A stretch of 64,000 bases of DNA, taken from an uncultured Gammaproteobacteria bacterium. GTDB lineage: Bacteria; Patescibacteriota; Microgenomatia; Levybacterales; UBA12049. The stretch is taken from contig OZ246394.1 of the NCBI GenBank assembly GCA_965230895.1, forward strand, positions 1,377,887 to 1,441,886. The letters are read 5' to 3'. Positions 10,139 through 24,040 of the stretch are shown here, piece after piece. Position 1 is the stretch's first letter. Every line of letters begins with the position of its first letter. Under the pieces are notes generated by a model. The model ran no database searches and was not told where the DNA came from. It saw only the letters and a program-made list of their open reading frames with translations. Made by a program: the position numbers and the translations under genes.

Positions 10139-10404
10139 AACAGGCACATGTTTTTATCTCAGGTTCAGTTCAAGGCGTTGGGTATCGCCAATTTGTCAAA
10201 CAGAATGCGCGCAAGCTTGGCTTAACCGGTTGGGTTCGAAACTCGGAAGATGGTGGAGTAGAGGCAGTTCTTCAAGGTGAAGAAGATATGATTACTGTCA
10301 TGATAGAGCAATGCAAGAAGGGTCCATTTATGGCTGAAGTCGAGCATTGTGGCTATGAATGGGAAGACATTGAAGAAACATACGACTCCTTTAACCTCGC
10401 ATAA
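10135..10404 (+). CDS. acyP: acylphosphatase
   Basis: VQGVGYRQFV and GWVRNSEDGGVEAVLQG motifs. Confidence 0.8.
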   Translation: MKQAHVFISGSVQGVGYRQFVKQNARKLGLTGWVRNSEDGGVEAVLQGEEDMITVMIEQCKKGPFMAEVEHCGYEWEDIEETYDSFNLA

Positions 10405-10425
10405 AACCCCTGGTATAATACGGCC

Positions 10426-10731
10426 ATGACAATTAAGGAACGACAATTTCTTTGGAAAATACCTGTTACGAGGGAAAGAATGGTAACTGGGAAGAAATAT
10501 TTCACCGAGGATATTGAGAAAACTCCATGGGTTCACACTCGAGATCTTCTGACAGTGGATGGGGAAACAGATGCTGTTACGATAACGAGAGAAACTGATG
10601 TTACGGGTGGTTCTATACGTACTCAAAGACCAAGTAATCTTGTCGGTGAAGAGATCAATGGTGATAAGGGACATTTGGAAGTAAAGATGGGGCTTTTGCG
10701 TAGAACAGTTTTTCGATATGTGCGAGACTGA
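10426..10731 (+). CDS. hypothetical protein (101 aa)
   Basis: ORF only. Confidence 0.25.
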   Translation: MTIKERQFLWKIPVTRERMVTGKKYFTEDIEKTPWVHTRDLLTVDGETDAVTITRETDVTGGSIRTQRPSNLVGEEINGDKGHLEVKMGLLRRTVFRYVRD

Positions 10732-11631
10732 CTATTTCTTTAATTCGTCCTCAATAACTCTCTCGAATTCACTGAAAGGTTGTGCTCCAACCAATCTGTA
10801 ACCGTTGACGAAAAAGGCAGGTGTTCCGTCAACTTGTACTTTGTTTCCAGCTTCAAGATCTGTTTCTACAGCTTTTTGGTATTTGTCACTATCAACACAA
10901 GTTCTGAATTGGTCTGTATTCAATCCAACTTGTCCAGCGTAATCAACAAATGAATTAACGACGTCAGTTGTTGTGAGAGGTGACCATGTGTCCTGTTCTG
11001 CAAACAACTTATCATGATATTCCCAGAATTTGCCTTGTTCATTTGCACATTCTGACGCTTCAGCTGCCTTTTGTGCATTTGGATGAATAGATGTTAATGG
11101 ATAGTGGCGGTAAGCGATTTTTACTTTACCAGTATCAATATACTTTTCTTTAATCTGTTCATGTGTCTCGTCAATATATCTTTTGCAGAAAGGACATTGG
11201 AAATCACTGAATTCGACGATCGTTACTTTTGCATCATTACTTCCAAGTGTTGGTAATTTACCATTATCAACTTTTACCACTTGCGGTGGAGGAGGCGTTG
11301 TCGGAAGTGCGTCTTGTGCATTTGCTCCAGTTGCTGTGTTCGCATTGGATCCTGCTTTCAACTCATTCTCAAGATAAAGGACTTTATTGGTGAGCATACC
11401 CAACAAGAAGGCGAAGATGACGAGGACAAAAACAAGATAGACATTTAAATTACCTTGTTTAAAACCAAGTCGAGGGATTTTAAGAGTGAAGTGGTCTTTG
11501 TCTTTTGAAGTTGTTTTTTCTACCGGAGTTTCAGATGTAAGAGCAGCCGTTTTGGTTGATTTAGTAGTCGATTTAGAGGTAGCTGCCTTTCTCATTGAGT
11601 CCATTGTATTTGCTGGTGATTTGTTTGTCAA
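10732..11631 (-). CDS. membrane-anchored DsbA-family thiol:disulfide oxidoreductase
   Basis: N-terminal TM helix. CxxC active site FSDFQCPFCKRY in a thioredoxin fold. Confidence 0.75.
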   Translation of the reverse strand: MTNKSPANTMDSMRKAATSKSTTKSTKTAALTSETPVEKTTSKDKDHFTLKIPRLGFKQGNLNVYLVFVLVIFAFLLGMLTNKVLYLENELKAGSNANTATGANAQDALPTTPPPPQVVKVDNGKLPTLGSNDAKVTIVEFSDFQCPFCKRYIDETHEQIKEKYIDTGKVKIAYRHYPLTSIHPNAQKAAEASECANEQGKFWEYHDKLFAEQDTWSPLTTTDVVNSFVDYAGQVGLNTDQFRTCVDSDKYQKAVETDLEAGNKVQVDGTPAFFVNGYRLVGAQPFSEFERVIEDELKK

Positions 11632-11690
11632 TGGGAAGGAAAACTGTTGCTTTAGGTTGGGCTGGGAATGATATAATAATAGAATAACCT

Positions 11691-13262
11691 ATGTACAACT
11701 TCCGTCCGCTTTCACCGTTGGCAAAGTATCTCATCGATGCGCTTGAAGAAAAGCATAATCATGAGCATGAAGAACGTCGTATCACTGTAAACCCAATTGT
11801 GACTAAATTTGCTTCCTGGTATGAGAAGCTGCGCAATGCGATGGAATTTCGTGAAGATGAAGTTATTCTTCGCGCTACAATTGAACGTATCCTCAAGCGC
11901 CGATTGCTCCTTGGCGGAAACGGGAAGACAACTGCAAATCCATTGGTGAAAGAATTACTGTGGGCAAGGTATTTGCCAGACAATGAGGTAGGTGCTTCAG
12001 TTGTCCATAAGATTGAAGAGACAATTGATTTGTATTTACAGCTCCGTTTGAAAGTACTTGCAAAGCATAAGCTTTCAGAAAGTGAAATGAATGATTGGAC
12101 GTATGACTTAATGTCTGCTGATATCCAATACATTCTGAATCCGAAGAAACCCAAAGAACTTATCGCCAACTTCATGTTCCATGTTCTCAAAGATGATGTC
12201 TCGATAGAGGATGAGAAGCCTGAAACGAAAGATGCCCAAGTATTTATGGCTGTCCGTAAAGCGTTTGCTCGGGATGATTTGGCATTTCTGCGTTATCACA
12301 TGTTCTCGCAGTACTTTGGACGGTTGACACCAAAGACATTGGAATTTACTGCAGAACATTTCAAACAAGGCTATGATGAAATCCACCGACAGATGAAATA
12401 TGTCCATCGTGACAAGATTTACACGTATGTAAAACGAAGAACTGCGGCATTTTTCATCTTTGATGATATTCTGCAATCCAAAAAGGAGAATTGGAAATCG
12501 ATTCTTGAAAATGAAGAAGAGCTCAAAGAAGCTGTCTTTGCAGCTTGTGAAGTGCGTTATAACGGTATTACTTCACGTGTGAGACGGGCGATTATCCGTT
12601 CGTTTATCTTTATTTTGATTACCAAGTTAGGCTTTGCTTTCTTTGTTGAAGGTTCTTACGAAACGCTTGTGTACGGAGAAATCCATTGGAATTCTATTAT
12701 CGTAAATACGACAGTTCCACCGTTACTTATGGTTATCGTTGGACTTTTCATCCGTGCGCCAGGAAAAGATAATTCAGAATTGGTTTTCAAATATATAACG
12801 CAACTGCTTTATGAGAACGATCCAGTGCTTGGTAATCGATTACTTATCCACAAGACACAAACCGATAAAGGATTTATGACTGCCTTTACGATTCTTTGGT
12901 CGATTGGTTTTGTCATCTCATTTGGATCGTTGATCTTGATCCTCACACGGTTTGGTTTCAATCCAGTCAGCCAATTTATCTTCTTGTTCTTCTTAGCAAT
13001 CGTTTCATTCTTGGCGTATCGTATTTCACTTCTTTCAAATGTATATAGAGTAGGAGAGAAGCAGGGTTTTGGAACACTATTAGTAGACTTCCTCTTCATG
13101 CCGATTATCCGAGTCGGTCGACGTTTGACGACAAGTATCGCGCAAATCAATATCTTCCTTATGCTCTTTGACTTCTTTATCGAAGCGCCATTCAAATACC
13201 TTTTCGCCTTCTTCGATCAGTGGTTCTACTTCCTCCATACCAAGACAGAGGAGCTAGAATAG
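11691..13262 (+). CDS. hypothetical integral membrane protein (523 aa)
   Basis: Soluble N-terminal 300 aa followed by several hydrophobic helices. No family recognised. Confidence 0.45.
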   Translation: MYNFRPLSPLAKYLIDALEEKHNHEHEERRITVNPIVTKFASWYEKLRNAMEFREDEVILRATIERILKRRLLLGGNGKTTANPLVKELLWARYLPDNEVGASVVHKIEETIDLYLQLRLKVLAKHKLSESEMNDWTYDLMSADIQYILNPKKPKELIANFMFHVLKDDVSIEDEKPETKDAQVFMAVRKAFARDDLAFLRYHMFSQYFGRLTPKTLEFTAEHFKQGYDEIHRQMKYVHRDKIYTYVKRRTAAFFIFDDILQSKKENWKSILENEEELKEAVFAACEVRYNGITSRVRRAIIRSFIFILITKLGFAFFVEGSYETLVYGEIHWNSIIVNTTVPPLLMVIVGLFIRAPGKDNSELVFKYITQLLYENDPVLGNRLLIHKTQTDKGFMTAFTILWSIGFVISFGSLILILTRFGFNPVSQFIFLFFLAIVSFLAYRISLLSNVYRVGEKQGFGTLLVDFLFMPIIRVGRRLTTSIAQINIFLMLFDFFIEAPFKYLFAFFDQWFYFLHTKTEELE

Positions 13263-14083
13263 TGGCGAAAAAAGTAATTATAAATGCAGATGACTTTGGC
13301 TATAGCTTAGGTGTAAACCAAGGAATAGTCCAAGCCTACACACAAGGAATCCTTACAAGTACAACAGTGTTGGCAAATTCAGTAGGTGATCAAGACCTTA
13401 TAGATAATCTCAAAAGTACATTGTCTAAACCTCCGTTAGCAATTGGTGTTCATTTAAATCTTACGTATGGTCCTGTATTGGTTCAGGATCAATGGGATTT
13501 TCAAACATTTGTTCGTCCATATAAAAATATTGATTCGGTGAAAGAATGGCAGGGCAGTGCCTGGAAGGAATATTTCGGTACGATGAAGAATGAAGCGGTT
13601 AAAAAAGAGTTGCATGCCCAGATTGCTAAAGTGAAAGAATCTTTTGGAACGATTGATCATTTGGATAGTCATCATGGAGTTGCAAGCTATGAACCGATCC
13701 TAACAATATATAAGGAACTTGCAAAAGAATTTAATCTGGCATTGCGCCATCCGAGCCCCTTTTCTGAGAGTTCTGTTTATGGAGGAGAATTTATAGTTGA
13801 TGATATGTTTACGCAGGCTGCACGATCGCAAGGTATTCGAGTTGTTGATCGAGTTGATCTGCGATATTTTTATCAACAAACAGATCCGATTCAATCATTT
13901 ATTGAATCATTGCATCAGATAAAAGATGGAGAAGTAGTAGAATATATGTTTCATCCTGCAGTTGATGCGAGCCAAGGGGAATGGAGAATGAAAGATCTTG
14001 AGATTCTCACAAGCCCAAAGGTTATTTCGACAATTGAGGCTCTAGACATCAATTTAACTACGTTTGAGAAAGGTGCATACTAA
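13262..14083 (+). CDS. YdjC/ChbG-family carbohydrate deacetylase
   Basis: Start IINADDFGYS typical of YdjC. The likely true start is the in-frame GTG at 13262 overlapping the upstream stop (TAGTG). The track ORF begins at 13220. Confidence 0.7.
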   Translation: MAKKVIINADDFGYSLGVNQGIVQAYTQGILTSTTVLANSVGDQDLIDNLKSTLSKPPLAIGVHLNLTYGPVLVQDQWDFQTFVRPYKNIDSVKEWQGSAWKEYFGTMKNEAVKKELHAQIAKVKESFGTIDHLDSHHGVASYEPILTIYKELAKEFNLALRHPSPFSESSVYGGEFIVDDMFTQAARSQGIRVVDRVDLRYFYQQTDPIQSFIESLHQIKDGEVVEYMFHPAVDASQGEWRMKDLEILTSPKVISTIEALDINLTTFEKGAY

Positions 14084-14139
14084 CTTTTAAGTAAGTCATT
14101 GACACCACATTTAGTAGTTGCTATATTAGATAGACACTT

Positions 14140-14460
14140 ATGGCAGACGTAACTTTCACAGATGCAAATTTCCAAAAAGATGTCCTCGGCAGCGACAAAC
14201 CAGTTGTTGTTGATTTCTGGGCTCCTTGGTGCACTCCTTGCAAAATGGTAACTCCTATTATTGAAGAACTCGCAAAAGAATACGATGGTAAAGTTGCAGT
14301 AGGTAAGATGAATGTCGATGAAAATCAGCAAACAGCAGGAACATATGGAGTTATGAGTATCCCAACAGTTATGGTTTTTAAAAATGGAAAACCAGTACAA
14401 GCAATGGTTGGAGCTCAAAGCAAAGCAGCATACAAATCAGAAATCGATAAAGCTCTCTAA
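14140..14460 (+). CDS. trxA: thioredoxin
   Basis: WAPWCTPCK active site. 106 aa. Confidence 0.85.
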   Translation: MADVTFTDANFQKDVLGSDKPVVVDFWAPWCTPCKMVTPIIEELAKEYDGKVAVGKMNVDENQQTAGTYGVMSIPTVMVFKNGKPVQAMVGAQSKAAYKSEIDKAL

Positions 14461-15390
14461 TTGATGGAAAACCTCTACGACGTCATCATCATCGGCTCCG
14501 GTCCTTCAGGATTAACCGCAGCAATCTATACAACCCGTGCTAGTCTCAAAACACTTGTTATTGCAGGCGATAAATGGGGTGGACAACTTATGCTTACAAC
14601 TGAAGTTGAGAATTTCCCAGGTTTTCCTGAAGGCATTCAAGGTCCAGACCTTATGGCAAACATGCGCAAGCAAGCGGAACATCATGGAGCAGAGATTGTC
14701 GACGTGAAGTTCACTCAAGGTGATTTTTCAAAAGCTGGTGGGCCATTTACTGTCACGACTGAAGAAAAAACATATCAAGGTAAAACAGTTATCATTGCAA
14801 CAGGTGCTGATACTAAATGGCTTGGCGTTCCTGGAGAAACAGAAAAGATTGGTCGAGGAGTTTCATCATGTGCTCCATGTGATGCACCTTTCTTTAAAGA
14901 GAAAGATGTTATCGTTTCCGGTGGAGGCGACAGTGCAATGGAAGAAGCATGTGTTTTGACTCGCTTTGCAAAGAGTGTCACCGTGGTTCATCGAAGAGAT
15001 GAACTCAGAGCTTCGCAAATCATGCAAGATAAAGCCCGAGCAAATCCAAAGATCAAATTCCTTTTGAATACTCAAATTGAAGAAATTAAAGGTGAATTCA
15101 AGGTTGAAGGTGTAACTCTGAAGAATAATGCCACAGGAGAGACAAGTGAAATGAAGACAGATGGTGTATTTGTTGCCATTGGCCATATACCAAATAGTAA
15201 AGTCTTCCCAGGTATTGATGTCGATGAAAAAGGATTCATTAAAGCAGCAGAGCATACAAAGACAAATATCGATGGTGTCTTTGTAGCAGGGGATGTCCAT
15301 GACAAAGAATATATGCAAGCAATTACAGCGGCAGGATTAGGTTGCCAAGCGGCTCTTGATGCTGAACGATGGTTGGCTGCAAAAGAATAA
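14461..15390 (+). CDS. trxB: thioredoxin-disulfide reductase
   Basis: FAD motif IIGSGPSGLTAA. Redox CAPCDA. NADPH motif GGGDSA. 309 aa. Confidence 0.85.
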   Translation: MMENLYDVIIIGSGPSGLTAAIYTTRASLKTLVIAGDKWGGQLMLTTEVENFPGFPEGIQGPDLMANMRKQAEHHGAEIVDVKFTQGDFSKAGGPFTVTTEEKTYQGKTVIIATGADTKWLGVPGETEKIGRGVSSCAPCDAPFFKEKDVIVSGGGDSAMEEACVLTRFAKSVTVVHRRDELRASQIMQDKARANPKIKFLLNTQIEEIKGEFKVEGVTLKNNATGETSEMKTDGVFVAIGHIPNSKVFPGIDVDEKGFIKAAEHTKTNIDGVFVAGDVHDKEYMQAITAAGLGCQAALDAERWLAAKE

Positions 15391-15417
15391 TCCTATATTC
15401 TTCATAATTTCCCTCTA

Positions 15418-15446
15418 TTGACACTCAAATGAGGCTATGATAAGAT
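15418..15446 (+). promoter_or_regulatory. candidate rRNA-operon promoter TTGACA-17-TAAGAT
   Basis: Hexamers read from the sequence, about 135 nt upstream of tRNA-Ala. Confidence 0.4.
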
Positions 15447-15582
15447 AACTTTTACGAACCGAAGAAGTCTCGTATATGATGTTCTGTAAAATTTTAGTTT
15501 TCTACCCAAACTAAAGGCGTAAAACGTCTTCATACTCATCAGTCTTTCTTCTGTTCAATTTCGCTCTTTCGAATCAAATATC

Positions 15583-15658
15583 TGGGCCGTTAGCTCATTT
15601 GGTAGAGCACCTCATTTGCACTGAGGGGGTGGCGGGTTCAAATCCTGTACGGTCCACC
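15583..15658 (+). tRNA. tRNA-Ala (anticodon TGC), CCA encoded
   Basis: Cloverleaf folded by hand. Acceptor GGGCCGT/ACGGTCC with the G3:U70 Ala identity pair. Anticodon loop TTTGCAC. T-loop TTCAAAT. Confidence 0.85.
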
Positions 15659-15889
15659 AGTTTTGCAAGTGAAATCAAGCATTGAGGCAAACCCTCTAGT
15701 AAGAGAGGGTTTGCCTGAGTGACTTGATGATAGATACTCCTTCATCTTTAGATGAATGAGGCTCTTTAAAAAGTGAAGAGAATATCCTGAATTGTGTTTT
15801 GTCTGCACCCGCAGACGTCCATGGCGCAATCCAGGATAAAATAATCATGTCTTAAATCTTTACCTACATTACGGTAGGTAAAGTTGAAA

Positions 15890-19135
<3,246 letters not shown>

Positions 19136-19213
19136 ATTTTAATAGACATGTTTTTCTCTTCACTCTTTGAGGAGCTTCGAAAGGAGCAGCTCAGTACTTT
19201 AATAACAAAAATT

Positions 19214-19324
19214 TTCTGGTGATTGAAGCATTATGGCACCACCTCTTCCCATTCCGAACAGAGAAGTGAAACGTAATAGCGCTCACGATACTACCTTCGG
19301 TGGGAAAATAGGTCGTCGCCAGAA
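19214..19324 (+). rRNA. rrf: 5S rRNA
   Basis: CCCATTCCGAACAGAGAAGTGAAAC core. Terminal helix TTCTGGTGA/TCGCCAGAA pairs. Confidence 0.8.
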
Positions 19325-19352
19325 TATTTTTGTTATTAAAGATAAATCAAAG

Positions 19353-19379
19353 AAACCTCCAGTAAGGGAGGTTTTTTTG
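19353..19379 (+). terminator. rho-independent terminator after 5S
   Basis: AAACCTCC-AGTAA-GGGAGGTTTTTTT. Confidence 0.75.
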
Positions 19380-19393
19380 TATATACTACATAT

Positions 19394-19591
19394 ATGCTGA
19401 GTAAAGAAGGTAAGTCCATTCCTCCACAAGATCATGATATCCAAATGCCATTCAATAAGCATGAGATTGGTGTCATCCGTCAGCGTCTGAAGCCAGATAT
19501 CTTTTTCCCTACGTTAACTGAAGGTTATCGAAAGCTCAAAAGAAGAGTACTTTACGAGAGGCCAAAGCTGACCTTTCAAAGAGATCGTTAG
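19394..19591 (+). CDS. hypothetical small ORF (65 aa), doubtful
   Basis: ORF only. It lies in the terminator-proximal spacer. Confidence 0.15.
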   Translation: MLSKEGKSIPPQDHDIQMPFNKHEIGVIRQRLKPDIFFPTLTEGYRKLKRRVLYERPKLTFQRDR

Positions 19592-21276
19592 TCTGTAAGC
19601 ACTTGCCATAAATATCCATAAGCGAGGAGTTTATAATGAGTTCCTTTATATATTATCTCTACAGTATCTCCAGAGACGTTGTGGAGCGCGAGAAGCGTCT
19701 CATTTGCCGATGTTCGTAGTAGGGCAAAAACTCTCAGATCGAGATCCAAAACTTCTTGTGCCGCCTCTGGATGCAATGCCGGATGAGAAGCTCGTTCTTT
19801 GATAAGAGCTTTCATAGCCGAAAAGACTTGAGCTTCTTTCGATGTTGCATCTGCAAGTTTCCCTGCAAGCCAGGAGTAATTTAAATTTGTACGTAGAATA
19901 TCTCGGATGTGACCTGTCTCATTAAATGCTTCTATGTCATTTGTTTTTCCAAAAAGAGAGAGGTAGTATACTGCCGGAACTCCTACTAGGGCAAAGCAAA
20001 GAGCATGTGTCATAATCACTTTTTGAAGCGCTTCTTCAAAGGGAACTTCATCACGACTTACAGCTGACCACCATGTTGCGCACATCTCATAAACAGCAGT
20101 CTTACCATTTGGAAGAGCTTTGTATCCAAGTCTTGTTCCATGCTCAACAGTCATCTCAAATATCTTTTCGATTTCGTTATCAGGCAAAATCCCACGAGCT
20201 CCGAGGATACCGATCCCATCATGGCATGAGAGGAAATTAAAAAAGGTGGTTTGCTTTGCGGGTAAATCATCAGAAAGCGTCTTTGCCCAAGACGAAAGAT
20301 AGGTTGCAGTTCCCGTATAAATTGCATGGAGTGTTAAGGGGGGTAGCGCAAAGTTATAGACCATATGTGCCTCATTATTCCCATCGCCATAATACGAAAC
20401 ATTCTCTTTATGAGGCACATTTGTCTCAGTTATGATAATGCCTTCAGGACAAACTTCTTCCAGAATCTTTCGAAAGATTTGCAATATTGCATGGCCTTGG
20501 GGAAGATGGACACAGCTTGTGCCAAGTTCTTTCCAGACAAAGGTAATTGCATCCATACGGAAGATTCGTACACCTTTTTCCATTTGGAACAAAAATACTT
20601 TGATCATTTCCAAAAGAACTTGTGGATTGCGATAGTTGAGGTCAATCTGATCAACTTGCCCATCCACACTAAAGGTCGTCCAGACTAATCGTTTTCCATG
20701 CTTTGTTTCAAAAGGAGTGAGAAGGGGTGAAGATCGAGGCCGAAAAACCTTATCTAATTGGTTTTTTAGTTCAGGCGTAAACTCTTTCGGAGCGTAGCTA
20801 ATAAAATAATCTTTATATGCATCTTCGCCTGCAAGAAACTTCTGAAACCAATCATGCGAAGCTGCAACGTGATTGAGCACGAGATCCGCCATTAATCGAT
20901 AGTCTTTTGCTATAGATTCGATCGTATTCCAATCACCAAAGCCTTCCTTCACGCGATAAAAATCAACTACTGAAAACCCTCGGTCTTTTCCGTCAGGATG
21001 GAAGGGAAGTATGTGTACTGTATTGATTGATTGCTCTGTATGCTCTTTCAAAAATGCATGGAGCGTTTCAAGTGAAGGCTTCTGGGATTCCTGAAATGAA
21101 TTGCCATAGCTTATCATGGTAATATCTTTCTCTGAAAAAAAGCTTTTTCGAGGATTTGTTGATGAATATTTACAATCTTTTAGTAGTTGCTTAAGCTCGG
21201 TAAAGTTTGCTTCTCCTTGCTCTGGACCGTAAAGAAAGATGAGATTTTGCTTAATGCTATCCATTGATGGATACAT
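19588..21276 (-). CDS. GH13 alpha-amylase-family glycoside hydrolase, sucrose/glucosylglycerate-phosphorylase-like
   Basis: GH13 catalytic motifs LVLNHVAASHDWF and RIFRMDAITF. No signal peptide. 562 aa. Confidence 0.65.
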   Translation of the reverse strand: MYPSMDSIKQNLIFLYGPEQGEANFTELKQLLKDCKYSSTNPRKSFFSEKDITMISYGNSFQESQKPSLETLHAFLKEHTEQSINTVHILPFHPDGKDRGFSVVDFYRVKEGFGDWNTIESIAKDYRLMADLVLNHVAASHDWFQKFLAGEDAYKDYFISYAPKEFTPELKNQLDKVFRPRSSPLLTPFETKHGKRLVWTTFSVDGQVDQIDLNYRNPQVLLEMIKVFLFQMEKGVRIFRMDAITFVWKELGTSCVHLPQGHAILQIFRKILEEVCPEGIIITETNVPHKENVSYYGDGNNEAHMVYNFALPPLTLHAIYTGTATYLSSWAKTLSDDLPAKQTTFFNFLSCHDGIGILGARGILPDNEIEKIFEMTVEHGTRLGYKALPNGKTAVYEMCATWWSAVSRDEVPFEEALQKVIMTHALCFALVGVPAVYYLSLFGKTNDIEAFNETGHIRDILRTNLNYSWLAGKLADATSKEAQVFSAMKALIKERASHPALHPEAAQEVLDLDLRVFALLRTSANETLLALHNVSGDTVEIIYKGTHYKLLAYGYLWQVLTD

Positions 21277-21299
21277 TATATCAGCCCTGCGCTAGTGGC

Positions 21300-21992
21300 T
21301 TATTTGCGGTAGTAAGCTACTGAATTACTGTATGCTCTTTGCAATTGGTTTTCTGCATCTCTTTTTTGTGCTTTTGTATCATTAATTGCTTTTCGGCAAT
21401 CAGATTGTAATCGTGTAAATTGCTTTCGAACATCAGCAATTGTTCTTCGAACACTCTGTCGTTGATCATCAATTCTATCTCGCTGTGCGATAAGTGCTCT
21501 TCGACGGTTTTGGCCTTCAGGTGTAGAAGAGTTAACATCTTTTAATTGATCATTGATTCGATCTTTTTGTGCATCCAATTGATCGTTTTGAGCTTCCAAT
21601 CGATTAACAGTATTTCTCAATGTCTGAGCATTAAGGGAACATGTTCGCATTTGAACGTACATGTGTTGTTGCAAACGATTAATTCTATCTGTGAGTACAG
21701 CAATGTCATTGTTGTACGTCGCTGTAGTTGCATCATTATTTTCTGCTGGAGCTTCTTCTGTCTTTTGTAAGGGTGCTTCAAAATTCTCCCAATCTTCCTG
21801 AGCAGGGGATTCATTTTGTGTTGCATCAACATCAGCTGACTTAGCTTGCTGTTGCTGCTTAATTGAGTGATTTGTCGTGAAGTATAAGCCGCCACTTACG
21901 AGAAGTGCTGCTGTTACTACCACGATTCCTGTTACTTTTAAAAATGTCATAGTCTTGTAGTTATTTCCTTGAGAAGATCTTTTTAGCCCCAA
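21300..21992 (-). CDS. membrane-anchored coiled-coil protein (hypothetical)
   Basis: N-terminal hydrophobic segment, then a Q/R/D-rich heptad-like region. The true start is probably MTFLKV. Confidence 0.4.
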   Translation of the reverse strand: MGLKRSSQGNNYKTMTFLKVTGIVVVTAALLVSGGLYFTTNHSIKQQQQAKSADVDATQNESPAQEDWENFEAPLQKTEEAPAENNDATTATYNNDIAVLTDRINRLQQHMYVQMRTCSLNAQTLRNTVNRLEAQNDQLDAQKDRINDQLKDVNSSTPEGQNRRRALIAQRDRIDDQRQSVRRTIADVRKQFTRLQSDCRKAINDTKAQKRDAENQLQRAYSNSVAYYRK

Positions 21993-22097
21993 TAGCTTTA
22001 AACTAAAAGTGTCTATCTCAATTCATTACGTCCTATATTATAACACTTTTTGTAATTTGTCAAGTGGGTGACGTAAGAAATGCGTATGAGTACAATA

Positions 22098-22126
22098 TTG
22101 ACACTGATTAATCGACTTGTTAGCAT
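22098..22126 (+). promoter_or_regulatory. candidate promoter TTGACA-17-TAGCAT (near-leaderless)
   Basis: Hexamers read from the sequence. The -10 ends 7 nt before the ATG at 22133. Confidence 0.3.
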
Positions 22127-22132
22127 GATCCC

Positions 22133-22813
22133 ATGAGTAATGAACACATTTCTTCCACTCGAAGAATTGATGTCACAGTGGTTGTCAAAAATTCTTTTCT
22201 TTTGTACAAAAAATATATTGGTGCGGTTTTGTTTAGCGGCACATTTTTATTAATTGGAACATATCTTGTCCAGACAATTTTCCCAAATGCGTCGTTTCTG
22301 TCGTTATTTATAACAGTACTTTGGTCGGCGCTTATTCAGACTTGGTTTATCCGTTATGTTCATATTCGAGAACAAGCTGAGAATAAAAATTTTGGTGATA
22401 TCCTGCGTGGTACTTTACGGTATGTTCCCGATGCACTTGCTATAACCGCCATTACTTTTACCATTTCTATTTGTGGACTCTTACTATTGGTTATTCCCGG
22501 GATTATCTGGGGAGTTATGTTTAGCCAGGCACTATTTTATGTTGTAATTGAGGGGAAGAGTATTAAAAAGTCCCTTCTCCAAAGTCGAGCAATAACAAAA
22601 GGCAATAGATTGGCTGTCTTCCGAAGCTATTTCGGTGTTTATTTACCCTTTATCGTTGGATTGTCTCTTTTATATCTGTTCTTCGTGAGAACGAGTGCCG
22701 AAATGCATATTATTTTCAATGGACTCTATACTGTTATTATTGGAATGCTATTTCCAATTATTGGGTATACGCTTTACACCTCACTCAAACAACTTCATAG
22801 AATAGATAAGTAA
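22133..22813 (+). CDS. hypothetical integral membrane protein (226 aa)
   Basis: Five or six predicted TM helices by hydrophobicity. Confidence 0.45.
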   Translation: MSNEHISSTRRIDVTVVVKNSFLLYKKYIGAVLFSGTFLLIGTYLVQTIFPNASFLSLFITVLWSALIQTWFIRYVHIREQAENKNFGDILRGTLRYVPDALAITAITFTISICGLLLLVIPGIIWGVMFSQALFYVVIEGKSIKKSLLQSRAITKGNRLAVFRSYFGVYLPFIVGLSLLYLFFVRTSAEMHIIFNGLYTVIIGMLFPIIGYTLYTSLKQLHRIDK

Positions 22814-22877
22814 GCCTTGCGACAAAGCGCTGTAAATGCTATACTTGCACTATCTTTGTAAGAAAGGTATTTTATGA

Positions 22878-23975
22878 ATGTCAAAAACTTCACACGCTAA
22901 TTCCTCAAACGCCCAAAGTGCAATGGCCAAATTGATGGCAGCACACCAAAATAAAGTTGTAACCTTAAAAAAAGGTGAAACAGTTAAAGCTAAGCTTACC
23001 AAATTAAGTACAAATGAGATCCTTGTTGATGCAGGCGCAAAAACTGAAGCGCATGTGCTTGAACGAGACAAAAGAATCATTAATACGATCCTTTCAACAT
23101 TTAAGGTTGGAGATACTGTTGAAGTAAATGTCTTGAATCCTGAATCAGAAAGTGGTCAACCTATTGTGTCACTCCGTCGATATCTTGGAGATATGGCTTG
23201 GGGTAAGTTAGAAGAACTTCAAAAGAAGTCAGAAAAGGTTGAAGTTACGGTAAAAGACACCACAAAAGCTGGGTATCTAGTTGATACTGCATTTGGTATC
23301 TCAGGTTTCCTTCCTCAGTCTCATATTTCTCATGGTGGAGAATCCGTCTCAGCGGGGCAACAGCTAGAAGTCACAGTTATTGAGATCAACCGAAAAGACA
23401 ATAAAGTAATCTTCTCCCAAAAGAAATCAATGTCAGCTGAAGAATTTGGCAAGCTCAGTAAGCAATTTAAAGTAGGCGAAAAAGTTTCAGTGACTATCAC
23501 AAATGTCACACCTTTTGGTATTTTCGTTGCATTACCATTGCCAAAATCAGATGATGCATTGGAAGGATTTATCCATATTTCAGAAACTTCATGGGATAAG
23601 GTTGCTGACATCACAGGTACATACTCTGCAGGTGAAAAGATTGAAGCTGTACTCACTAGATTTGATGCTGAAACACGAAGAGTAAGCCTTTCAATTAAAA
23701 GACTCACAGCTGATCCTTTTGAAGAATTGATGGAAACATATCCTGTAGATAAGAAGGTTACAGGTGAAGTCGTCCGCCTTGAAGATGGCGATGTTGTGCT
23801 TTCAATCAATGGTGATGAAGCTGTCGAAGGTATCATCAAAAAGGATAAAATTGCTATGGGAACGACCTATACAGTTGGACAAAAAGTTAATTTAACAATA
23901 GCTGACTACGATAAGCGAAAGCACCGCATTATTGTGGCTCCGATTCTACTCGAAAAGCCAATGGGCTACCGATAA
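22878..23975 (+). CDS. rpsA: S1 RNA-binding-domain protein (ribosomal protein S1-like, four S1 repeats)
   Basis: Repeated S1 OB-fold modules (GxV.G.V..i...G.FV). 365 aa. Confidence 0.65.
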   Translation: MSKTSHANSSNAQSAMAKLMAAHQNKVVTLKKGETVKAKLTKLSTNEILVDAGAKTEAHVLERDKRIINTILSTFKVGDTVEVNVLNPESESGQPIVSLRRYLGDMAWGKLEELQKKSEKVEVTVKDTTKAGYLVDTAFGISGFLPQSHISHGGESVSAGQQLEVTVIEINRKDNKVIFSQKKSMSAEEFGKLSKQFKVGEKVSVTITNVTPFGIFVALPLPKSDDALEGFIHISETSWDKVADITGTYSAGEKIEAVLTRFDAETRRVSLSIKRLTADPFEELMETYPVDKKVTGEVVRLEDGDVVLSINGDEAVEGIIKKDKIAMGTTYTVGQKVNLTIADYDKRKHRIIVAPILLEKPMGYR

Positions 23976-24040
23976 ACATTTCCTGAACTCATTTCCTTTT
24001 TGCGTTTTTACATTCTTCTGTCCGAGAGTATAATAGATTT